In this document: positions 1 to 10,355 of the stretch, piece by piece
Layout of the letters: every line of letters starts with the position of its first letter
Numbering within the stretch: position 1 is the stretch's first letter
Source of the DNA: Centroscyllium fabricii
Taxonomy: Eukaryota
DNA length: 64,000 nt
Assembly: GCA_051313645.2 (NCBI GenBank)
Contig: JBNRSN020000018.1
Location: 55,304,001 to 55,368,000, forward strand
Direction: 5' to 3'
Position numbers and translations under genes: made by a program
Notes under the pieces: generated by a model
Database searches by the model: none
Seen by the model: the letters and a program-made list of their open reading frames with translations, nothing else
What the model was told of the DNA's origin: nothing

Positions 1-305
1 GCCGACTCCTGCTCCTATCTTCTATGCCTCTGCAATCTGTGCTAGGGAAGACAACAATCAGCCAGTGATTCATGCTGGACTGTGCATATGTGAGCATCAG
101 AGGAAATTATGGTCACCCTTTATTATGCTGCTGCCTATGATGAAATAGCTTGCTGACATTCACTATCTCGACTCCCACATGAAGAATGATCACTCAGGCG
201 AGGTAGCTGTGGGTTACTGGTAATTATGAAATCATACCTCGGCAAGATTCAACACCTTCAGGAGAGATGAAGTTGGACGACACAATATTTAAAAAAATGA
301 ACTAC

Positions 306-552
306 TGTGGCGGCACGCCCACTGGGACACCGAATCCGCCACGGGAACTCCGCGGAGCAGAGCCCCGCTCATCCGGGTGACGCAACGACGTCACCACGTC
401 TGCCTGCGTGATGACGTCACCAACGGCGGGCAGTTTAAATAAGCTTGTTGCGAGTGGTTCACTCTCTTTCCTGTTTAACTCTTATGCATTAAACAAGTGT
501 TTTCTCTAGCTCTCTGGCTCACGCGTGGTTTCTAGGCCTTGCTGGCGCTACA
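306..552 (+). mobile_element. Solo LTR (Gypsy-like), 247 bp
   Basis: TGTGGCG...CGCTACA inverted termini; 4-bp TSD CTAC (302-305, 553-556); TATA-like TTTAAATA ~434; ATTAAA ~488; CpG-rich. Confidence 0.8.
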
Positions 553-1357
553 CTACGGTATTTTTGAAGATATATAACGTATACTTGTTGTGGTCTCTGC
601 TGCGACCAGTCAATTAGTGATGCCCACACGAGGGGGCGGGAAATAAAGAACAACAATCATTCCATAAGCTCTTGGGAGGGTGATGGGGGCAGGGCTGGCG
701 GTAAATCTTCCGAGTGCTCCTATGAATGATTCCATATTATGTGCTCCCCCCACTTTTTGTGGTATGTATTGTACTTAAACATTGTCAATTGAACGCTAGA
801 GGATCTGTTGAAGGGAACAAGCATGTTGTAGCAATTAAACTCCAGGAATTTCTTGGTTATGTTGGTGATTCAAGTGGGAAGGCATGCTTCCTTGTGTCAC
901 TCTGAAGTTTAACAGGCGGAGCTCCATAAGTGTATTCAAACAAGAGCTGTGGAGCAGTGCTAATAGCCTGCTTCAAGTGTAGATGTATTTTAAAATAATA
1001 AGCTGATGCTATTGTGAACTCCTCAATCATTAAAATGTGCCTGGTACAGTGCTAGTTTGGTTTTAACTTGAAATGTTTATAATTGGTGCCTGTGTTTACA
1101 GACATGATGCCTTGTTCGGTGTCTTCACTGCATTGCTCTTGTTCACTTGTTTATTTTGATGTTGGGTCCCTGCTCAATAGCGTGGTTTACGAATATCAAG
1201 TGAAGTTCCAAAGCAGGATAACTGCTGTAGTTCAAGAATTCATTGCAGGATTCTCTTGTATACTGAGATGTACAATTGGGAGTCAAGATGGGCAAAAAAA
1301 AGTGTCCGTGCTTTTTGGTCAGTTCGTGCTTTAAATGAGGCATGTATCTAAGGATCA

Positions 1358-1788
1358 ATAGAAACATAGAAACTAGGAGCAGGAGTAGGCCATTCGGCCC
1401 TTCGAGCCTGCTCCGCCATTCAATGAGATCATGGCTGATCATCCAAACCCAGTATCCCTGTCCCTGCCCTCTCCCCACATCCCTTGATCCCCATCGAGCC
1501 TGCATCGACACATATCCCACCCTATCCCTGTAACCCCACATATTCCCACCCTATCCCCGTAACCCCACATCTTTAATCCCCCTAGCACTAAGGGTCAATT
1601 TATCATGGCCAATCAACCTAACCCGCACATCTTTGGACTGTGGGAGGAAACCGGAGCACCCGGGGGAAACCCACGCAGACACGGGGAGAATGTGCAAACT
1701 CCACACAGATAGTCACCCGAGGCTGGATTTGAACCCGGGTCTCCAGAGCTGTGAGACAACAGTGCTAACCACTGTGCCACCGTGCCGC
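1358..1788 (-). mobile_element. HE1-type tRNA-derived V-SINE with CR1-like 3' tail
   Basis: tRNA-like head (A/B boxes), V-domain (GGTTTCCTCCCACAGTCCAAAGA), tail shared with local CR1s. Highly similar to copies at 14677 and 27007. Confidence 0.88.
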
Positions 1789-2005
1789 TCTAAGATAGAA
1801 AGAAAGAAAAAGAAAAAATAGGTTGATGGTAGTGTGTAAGCAGCTGTCGAAGGGAAGAAAAACTACCACTTTTGTTCACATTATTTTATTTCTTGATAGA
1901 TAGCAAAGCTTGTCAGTGACTAAGATTGCCATTTGGTTAGAGAGTAGGATCATGAATTATGTAAATATCATAAGCCACTAACTGAGTTGATTAGTTTATA
2001 CCATA

Positions 2006-2849
2006 TGTTCGCGGATGACACCACGGTGGTTGGCCAGATCACCAACAACGACGAGTCAGCCTACCGGGATGAGATCCAGCGCCTTGTGGGTTGGTGTGCC
2101 GACAACAACCTGGCACTGAACACCAAGAAAACCAAGGAGATCATAGTGGACTTCCGGAGGACTGGAAGCAGAAGACACACCCCCATCTTCATCCAAGGGG
2201 CTGAAGTGGAAAGGGTGTCCAGCTTCAAGTTCCTCGGGGTCCACATCTCGGAAGATCTCTCCTGGTCACTAAACATCTCCTCTCTGGTTAAGAAGGCCCA
2301 ACAGCGCCTGTACTTCCTAAGGAAGCTGAAGAAAGCCAGGCTGTCATCCGGAATCCCCTCCAACTTCTACCGCTGCACAATAGAAAGCATACTGACAAGC
2401 TGCATCACTGTCTGGTATGGTAATTGCACTATCTCGGACCGGAAAACCCTGCAGCGGGTAGTCAAAACTGCCCAACGAATTACCGGTACACAGCTACCGT
2501 CAATGGAAAGCATCTACCTCAAACGCTGCTTACGGAGGTCTATGAACATTATTAAAGACCCCACACACCCCAGCCACAGTCTGTTCGCCCCCCTGCCCTC
2601 CGGGAGACACTACAGAGCAATTTGCACCCGCACGACTAGATTTCAGAACAGCTTCTTCCCCAGGGCTGTCAGCCTCCTGAACTCTAAAAAGAAACTCCGG
2701 TACCTGCACGCCTGATAATGTACTCTACTGTATGCATTTTGCATGTAATTTATTTATTTTATTTGCACTACTCTCGGGAGAGTCGAGTCTTCGTCTCGTT
2801 GTATTGTACTAGTACTCTGCAATGACAATAAAACTTGAATTGAATTGAA
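2006..2849 (+). mobile_element. Rex1/Babar LINE, 5'-truncated, open RT C-terminal frame
   Basis: ORF 1987..2715 FADDTTVVG...KKAQQRLYFLRKL...; 3'UTR with AATAAA and a (TTGAA)n tail. Confidence 0.9.
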
Positions 2850-3394
2850 GTAGATTCCAAACTGTTCTGTCGATGTTGTGGAGTGGGGGTAGGTAGGAAA
2901 ACATTGGAAGAGCATGTTCTGGTCGATCATGTCAAAGGCTGCAGAAGGGTTGAGGACGGAAAATGCATAGATTCCAGTCACAGATAATGTTCTTTGTTTT
3001 CCACACTAGCTGCTATTATGGCTTCTTTGAGGGAGATTGCTTTTTCATGCCAAATTATAGGATGTTTGTGGAGTGCATTTAGACCATCCAGAAACAGACT
3101 GTTCTAACTCATATCATGTAGGCAGACAGACTTTTATGCCACCAGTTTGCACTGGATCTGAACCTAGGATCAGTGAGACGCGAGGTCTGTGAGCTTAACC
3201 TACTGTGCCACAAAATAAATATTAATTGCAAAGGCACATCTTTTTTTTGCGAAGAAGTAAAACCGAAACTTCATTACATGACGTTAAAGTGAGTTCCTGT
3301 TTTGGTAATGGGAGATGGTGATGATCGTGGTGACTGTGATTTGAGGAAGGCTAGTGAAATGACTCATTTCCTGAAATTCTATATTTTCCCACAG

Positions 3395-3461
3395 TGCTGG
3401 ATGTGGAAGAACTGGAGCCATATGTGCAATTGATTATACCTGGAATTTGCTAAAAGCTGGG
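3395..3461 (+). CDS. PTPN12: PTPN12 internal exon, PTP catalytic P-loop: (S)[22 protein letters not shown]
   Basis: ttttcccacag acceptor and ggg|gtgagt donor; 67 nt. Translation is the second half of the [10 protein letters not shown] signature and matches PTP-PEST. Upstream exons lie outside the window. Confidence 0.97.
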
Positions 3462-4079
3462 GTGAGTCATCTGTTGCTCAATTTTTTTCCGCAAAGAAAA
3501 ACCTGCAAAGTCTAAACATAGAATTGTGGAAACCGATTACCCTGCTGAGCGGGGAAGTGGGCAATGTTCGAGCTAGGTTAGGATATGTTCAGTCATTAAA
3601 CCCAATTTACTGGTTAGTTGTGATTCACTGTCTTCCACAATATATTGATACACTTACTGACTAAAAATTGCATCAAACGCTTTCCGATTTGATATTTGAC
3701 TTGATATATTTTGTCTTTGTATCCAACAGCATTTAACCATTTTTGTCACTGATATGTAATAGCCAAATCTGCACGAATAAACAAAATGTGTAACTTACTG
3801 CATTATGATTGTTTATATCAACAGTTTTTAAAAAAAAAACGAGAAATTAGGATGGTTTGAGTTTTCTATGGATGATCTGTATCAGTAGAGGTCAATGTCC
3901 TCAGTTGGGACAAAAAATAACTGTTTGAGGGAGTTGCTAAGTTGGATAAGTCAAGGCGTATATCATGAAGTTGCATTCCTTCAGTAATAATAGATGAAAC
4001 CAACTGCAGTACCGGGAGGTAAATAAATTTGCTGAAGCATTCAAAAAAAGTGAACAAATTCCTGATCCAGCTGTAAATA

Positions 4080-4977
4080 CAGGTTGAGCACCGGTAATCC
4101 GGCATCTGATGGTCCGGCAGCTTCAGTGGTCCGGCACGAATCAAATCTGGCGCTCTACCGCCTTCCGCACTTTCATGCTGGCGAGCTCAGAATCGGAAAT
4201 TCCCTCCGTTTTTATTTTGTTAAAACATCGATCCCATTCTTCCAAGTGTCTCGTTGTGGTTTTGTATTTTTAAGAACGGGACGAAAAATCAAAAATAAAC
4301 CGCGCCAGGACCAGAAAAAATCTGCAATCTCCCAGCAGTTAATTTCAATAATCAAATGTCAATTTCACGTCTTGTAGATCCAACAACTTAGGACAACATT
4401 GCCGTTAACACAGGTTACATTAACCTAGCTACATTTGCTTTCAATACTAAGAAACTAATGGTGGTATTTGCTGAGGGAGCGTATCAACTTAGAAGTGTGA
4501 AAAGATGGAATGAAAATTATGTCTTGTAGTAGCTCACTTGACAATAGTAAAAGCCGCAGCGGAATTAGGAATGGCCAGTTCTGGAAATGTAATTCTGTAT
4601 CTGCTGCGGAGGACATGCCGACAAATCGGTGAAAGTGAAGTGCAGTATTTTTGAATTTATCTGGATATGACCTGCACGCTGTTGAGACAACATACCTCTC
4701 TTTCTCAGCATTGATTGCATAGCCTGTCAATGAATCGGGTCCAAGGTGCCTGATATTTGAGAGGGAGCATTCGCTAACTGATGTTTCCATGGTTGGAATA
4801 TTTGTAAAGTTAACGCATAATCTGAAAGTGGAAGCTAATAAATTATTGGGTGCTAATTGGGGCCGGAGTGCGGCCGTCAGTCAGAGCCAGTCCCACCGAA
4901 CCTTCAGTGGTTCGGAATTTTCAGTAGTCCGGCACCAGCCTGGTCCCGAGGGTGCCGGATTAATGGTGCTCAACCTG
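4080..4977. mobile_element. Tigger/pogo-like non-autonomous DNA transposon, 898 bp
   Basis: TIRs CAGGTTGAGCACC(GG/AT)TAATCCGGCA, flanked by TA on both sides. Confidence 0.9.
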
Positions 4978-5364
4978 TATAGGGATATGTGTTTATCCTC
5001 CGAAAAAGACAAAACGTGGTCGCAGCTGTCCGGAGAGAAGGCTTGGATGATGTGACCAGCTTCTATCTACTTTTCATATTAATTGTCAAGCTGAAAACTG
5101 GATTCATTAATTGATTGTAGTTAATTTACTTGGCTTTTGTTTTGATAAACAGTCTTGTGGACTCACTTATGATTTCTTGAAACATAATTTTGTGGGTTAT
5201 GTTTGGTCTATCTTTGTTGGATGCTCTCAATTTAAAGTAGTTAAAGGAGTTGCCTAGATGGAATAATGCAAATTAAATCATAACTCTAAAGTTACATATT
5301 TTATACCATATTTACTTAAAATTGAAGATTTATTTTGTTAAAAAATAGTGCATTTCAACTGCAC

Positions 5365-5781
5365 TCCATCCACCACCTTCAACATTCACTCCCTCCACCA
5401 CCGGCGCACTGTGGCTGCAGTGTGTACCATCTACAAGATGCACTGCAGCAACTCGCCAAAGCTCCTTCAACAGCACCTTCCAAACCCGCGACCTCTACCA
5501 CTTAGAAGGACAAGGGCAGCAGATGCATGGGAACAGCACCACCTACAAGTTCCCCTCCACGCCACACAGCATCCTGACTTGGACTTGCATTGCCGCTCCT
5601 TCACTGTCGCTGGGCCAAAATCCTGGAACTCCCTTCCTAACAATATTGTGGGTGTACCTACACCATATGGACTGCAGCGGTTCAAGAAGGCGGCTCACCA
5701 CCATCTTCGCAAGGGCAATTAGGGATGGGCACTAAATGCAGGCCTAGCCAGCCAGCGACGCCCACATCCCATCAATGAATT
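5365..5781 (+). mobile_element. CR1-group LINE 3' end (NIHSLHHRRTVAAVCTIYKMHC family)
   Basis: ORF 5348..5722 resembles a LINE ORF2 C-terminus. Related copies at ~32572 and ~46283; tail shared with the SINE at 19005. Confidence 0.75.
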
Positions 5782-5911
5782 TTTAAAAACTGGCACTTTT
5801 AAATACAGATTGCTGAACCAACGTTTCTAGAGTGTGCATTAGGCTGTGGGAAATTTGTCTCGTCCACTGGTTGGATTTTGGATAAGAAAGCGGACACTGA
5901 AAAATACTGTA

Positions 5912-6471
5912 CAGGTTGTGCACCGTTAATCCGTTACCCGATAAGCTGGCATCTTCAGTCTTCTGGAACAAATTGCCCCGACTGCCCTGCGCATGTGCAA
6001 AATGGCTGCCGAGATTGATGCTTCAGTGAATGATCTGTGCATGCGCCGCTGAGCGCATGCGCAAATCATTCACAATGGCCGCCGCAAAGTTTTTCATGAT
6101 CTGCGCGTGCGCTGCCGAACGATCCCGAGCCTCGCCTTACCGAGCCGGGGCTTCCCGAGCCGGGCCTTGCTTTCCCGAGCTGGGGCTTCCCGAGCTGGGC
6201 CTCGCCTTCCTGAACCGGGGCTTCCCGAGCTGGGCCTCGCCGAGCCTTCCTGAGCCGGGCCTTACCAAGCCTTCCCGAGCCGGGCTTCCTGAGCCGGGCC
6301 TTGCCGAACGATAAGCGCATGCGCAGACCACTCAAAATAGCTGCCGGCCTTTCGCGGCAGCCATTTTGAATAGTCTGCGCACGCGCTCGCTGAAGCTTCA
6401 ATCGTTTGGGATTTTCACTTTCCCGGCACGGGCCTAGTCCCGCCCGTGCCGGATTAACGGTGCTCAACCTG
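5912..6471. mobile_element. Tigger/pogo-like MITE, 560 bp, with CpG-rich tandem-repeat core
   Basis: TIRs CAGGTTG(T/A)GCACCGTTAATCCG, TA TSDs; same TIR family as 4080-4977; internal (CCGAGCYGGG...)n at 6125-6310. Confidence 0.9.
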
Positions 6472-6729
6472 TACAAGGATGACAGATGCATCTTCCAACA
6501 TCTTCTACCATTTAACATTATTTAGCAAAATACACTATTATCAAAGAATTGGGTAGCTGCTATATTGGCGCTATATAAATGCAAGTCTTTTTTGCGATGA
6601 AGCAACTGTTCGTATTGTCTTTTAAAGGAATACATATTGGATTACCAAATTGTGTGCAACTTTTTTTAAAGTAACTTTTCTAATTTCTGGAGAGGAAATT
6701 ATATATAAATACTTGGAACGGATATGTGG

Positions 6730-7390
6730 CCATCTCTCTATCACCAAAGCTGCTTACTTCCACCTCCGCAGCATCGGCCTTCTCCACCTCTGCTTCAGCT
6801 TATCTGCTGCTGAAACCCTCCGCCATGCCTTTGTTGCCTCTAGACTTGACTATTCCAGTGCCCTCCTGGCTGGCCTCCAATTTTCCACCCTCCATAAACT
6901 CCGCTGCCCGTGTCCGAACTCGCACCAAGTCACGTTCACCTATCATCCCTGTGTTCGCTGACCTACATTGGCTCCTGGTCTGGCAATACTTTGTTTTTTT
7001 TCCATTCTCATGCTTGTTTTCAAATCCCGCCAGGGCCTCTCCTCTCCCTTCTCTGTAACCTTCTCCAGCCCTAGAACTCTCCAAGATCTACGCTCCTCCA
7101 ATTCTGCCCTTTTGCACATCTCCAGTTTTTAATCGCTCCATCATTGGTGGCTGTGCCTTCAGCTGCCTTGGCCCTAAACTCTGGCATTCACTCCCTGAAC
7201 CTCTTTCCCCCCCCCCCCCCCCCTTTTTTAAGATGCTCCTTAAAATTATCTCTTTGATCAAGTTTTTGGTCAATTGTCCTAATATCTCCTTATGTGGCTC
7301 AGTGTCAAATTGTGTTTGATTTATGCTCCTGCAAAGTGCCTTGGGATGTTTTACTATGTTAAACGTGCTATAGAAATGCAAGTTGTTGTT
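6730..7390 (+). mobile_element. L2 LINE 3' fragment
   Basis: Translates ITKAAYFHLRSI...HAFVASRLDYSSALLAGL; tail GCTATAGAAATGCAAGTTGTTGTT. Confidence 0.85.
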
Positions 7391-7559
7391 AAAGTGCAAT
7401 ATTGAGAGTTCACATTTTCTTGATCCTTTCCGTATCCTTATTGCATCAACTATCTGTCCAAAATGAGGCCTCGCATGTGCAATTCAGACAATTGGTTTTA
7501 ATTCGAGTTTGTGGATTACAATTCTCATTTGGCCAAAATGCATTTTCTTTTTCTCCTAG

Positions 7560-7637
7560 AAAATTCCTGAAGAATTCAGTGTGTTTAATTTGATACAAGA
7601 AATGAGAACACAAAGGCATTCTGCAGTCCAAACAAAG
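7560..7637 (+). CDS. PTPN12: PTPN12 exon: KIPEEFSVFNLIQEMRTQRHSAVQTK (Q-loop)
   Basis: ttttctcctag acceptor, aag|gtatgt donor; 78 nt, phase 0/0; PTP-PEST sequence. Confidence 0.97.
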
Positions 7638-8271
7638 GTATGTCTACATGTGATGCTTATTTTTATTCATATTTTTCCCTTATGCCTCTGAAGCACCTTG
7701 GAATATTTTTCTGCATTAAAGATGCTAGGTAAATGCAAATTGTTCAATGACGGTCATTATGTATGAGCTTTCCTTAGTGCCAAATTCTCTGAACAATTTC
7801 ATTAATGCAATTGAGTAAGTTATCAGTTGCCTTAATCTCCAAAACTTTTGCTTGGCACGAGACAGCTTGACAATTTACATTCTAACAGTCAATAGAAAGC
7901 TCCACTATAATAATTTTTAATAAATATCGTTGCCGATTGTGAGACATTTGTGCAAATAAACATGAAGGTGGTTAAACAACAGAAAATGTTGAATTGTTTG
8001 TTTGAGCAATCAGATCTTTGTCCAGTGGTACATCTTTTCATGGATAGGAATATAATTTATTTTACTTTTTCATAATTGCACAACTTTACCTCCCTCTTTA
8101 AAATAAAAAGTAGTTGAAAATGTAACTCTGAATGTCTAAGTCATTCTTACATTTGTAATTTGGACCATTTGTCCTTTATGGAGGACCTAAAATGCAGAAA
8201 CCTGCTTTTGGAATTTCTAGTAGCTAGCAGACTTCTACTGATTTGAATGAAAGTGAATACTCTCTTTAAAA

Positions 8272-8762
8272 AGAACGACTTGCATTTATATAGCGCCTTT
8301 CACGACCACCGGACGTCCCAAACCCAGTACTCAAAGTACTTTAAGTGTGGTCACTGTTGCAATGTCGACAAACTGTTGAATTCGACAAATGTGGAAAGAC
8401 CCTTCATTATGGAGAAGTAGCCTGACCATGGTGCTGGCTAAGAATGATCCCTCAACCAACATCGCTAAAACAGATGATTTTGTCATTGCTGTTTGTGGGA
8501 CCATTCTGTGCAAATTGGCTGCCCCATTTCCTATATTACAACAGTAACTACACTGCAAAAGCACCTCATTGGTTGTAAAGTGTTTTGGGACATCCTGAGG
8601 TAAAAAATAAAGACTTGCATTTATATAGCGCCTTTCATGACCACCGGACATCCCAAAGTGCTTCACAGCCAATGAAGTACTTTTTGAAGTGTAGTCACTG
8701 TTGTAATGTAGTCACTGAGGTCATGAAAGGTGCTATATAAATGCAAGTCTGTCTTTCTTTCA
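8272..8762. mobile_element. Cluster of Deu-domain SINE fragments in both orientations
   Basis: Homologous to the full copy at 49463-49919. A minus-strand tail is nested in a plus-strand copy with TSD CTGAGGT. Confidence 0.8.
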
Positions 8763-9206
8763 TTCTTTCTATTTGACTATTTCTGACGATGCAGATGAGA
8801 CTAGATTTTAGCAAAGAATGCTTATATAAGTTTAATCCGATGACTCAACTTTTTAAAAATTCATCTCGTTTTCTGGTAATGTTTAAGTCTGATAGCTATG
8901 TACATTTGCAAACCTATTTAAAAACAGAAGATAATCAGTTTTAAGGCTTTATAATAGAAAAGAATATTGTACAATATTTTAAAATGGTAAACTAAGTATT
9001 CTTGAGCTTTTTTGAAAGTTATGGTTGAAATCTGAATTGGCTGCAGCAGTAACGTATAAATTTTACTTTATGTAAATGTGTGTAACAAAACCATATTCTA
9101 GGATAATTTGCAGAGAAGCATAAAATGGTCAAAAACATTCTGCTATCTCTAATTTTTATGGCAATTTTTTAAATGCAATATCAAGCCATCTCTCTGCTTT
9201 TTTCAG

Positions 9207-9296
9207 GAGCAATATGAGCTTGTTCACCGTGCAATAGCTCAGCTATTTGAAAAGGAACTACACAGGAGTAAGTGCACTGAAAGTCTTTCTGACACA
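9207..9296 (+). CDS. PTPN12: PTPN12 exon: EQYELVHRAIAQLFEKELHRSKCTESLSDT (end of PTP domain)
   Basis: tttttttcag acceptor; aca|gtaagt donor keeps frame with the next exon; 90 nt. Confidence 0.93.
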
Positions 9297-10067
9297 GTAA
9301 GTAATAGTTTTTAGATATGTCACTTGATGGAAAGTCACTGCGATATACATTTCATTTTTGTTCCTTGCAGTATATGTCCTGTCTCAATTATTTTGGTGTG
9401 GGTGTGGAAATCAGTCACAGTAACTGTGAAGATTGTTAATGTTAGCTTATTTTTTTATGAAGTTGCTTAACTTTTAAGGCAGTAACTTGTGAATAGTAGA
9501 GGCTGTTGTTAATTATTTCACCAGTTGTAATAGTTAAAAAAAAATTAATGTGTTGCATTTTTTTTTAAATGACAAAATAAATAGATCCTGAAATTAAAAA
9601 AAAAGTTAGTTACATGCAGATGGCTGGCTGCTGCTTTCCGGAAAGTCTGTTTCCTCTTGTTCAGTGAAGTGTGCTCACTTACAGTACCTGTGACTTTGAC
9701 ATGATGCTCTTTTTTTTTAAAGTAAAGAACTGCGAGTAATCGAACATCTGGGAAAAGTAATGCAGTAGCAGGAAATTCGGCCCTTTTTAATAACACTCAG
9801 CAGATGCTTTTCCTGTGTTCCCTTTTAGAAGCAGAACTATTTCACCAAATTATCAGAGTCCCATTTTTGTAACATTTTTACAGTTGCCTGCTGCTGGCTT
9901 ATTTACAGTGCTGTTATTCTATCACTTCCACATCAATGCAAAGTAGTTCAGACACACTTCAAGAATGCGATAATGCTGCTTGAGAGACTCGCAAGTAGGT
10001 AGTTTCTCAGCTTATGCTGTGAACTGGGTGTATTGTAACTCCAATCCAGTACGCAATCATATTTCAA

Positions 10068-10230
10068 AATCATAGAATGATACAGCACAGAAGGAGGCCA
10101 TTCGGCCCATGATGCCTTTGTCAGCTCTTTGGAAGAGCTGTCTCCTGCTCCTTTCCCACAGCCCTGTAAATGTTTCTTTTCAAGTATATACCCAGTTCCC
10201 TTTGACAGTCCTCATTGAATCTGCGTCCAC
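10068..10230 (-). mobile_element. CR1 3' tail fragment
   Basis: ATCATAGAATGATACAGCACAGAAGGAGGCCATTCGGCCC, same subfamily tail as 15968. Confidence 0.75.
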
Positions 10231-10355
10231 CAAACCAACTCTGTAGATTGGGTCACAAACCAACTCTGTAGATTGGGTCACAAACCAACTCTGTAGATTG
10301 GGTCACAAACCAACTCTGTAGATTGGGTCACAAACCAACTCTGTAGATTGGGTCA
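10231..10355. repeat. Minisatellite, 5 perfect copies of 25 bp (CAAACCAACTCTGTAGATTGGGTCA)
   Basis: Read directly; no spacers between units. Confidence 0.95.

Noticed and set aside
30-275. Possible old SINE 3' part
   Set aside because: Looks repeat-derived but has no second copy, TSD or head in the window to support a call.
6030-6518. Repetitive Pro/Gly/Arg-rich ORFs as proteins
   Set aside because: They result from the GC-rich tandem core of a MITE; no splice or homology support.
10231-10355. CRISPR-like array
   Set aside because: Units are head-to-tail with no unique spacers, no cas genes, and the context is a vertebrate intron. The same applies to 37121-37308.
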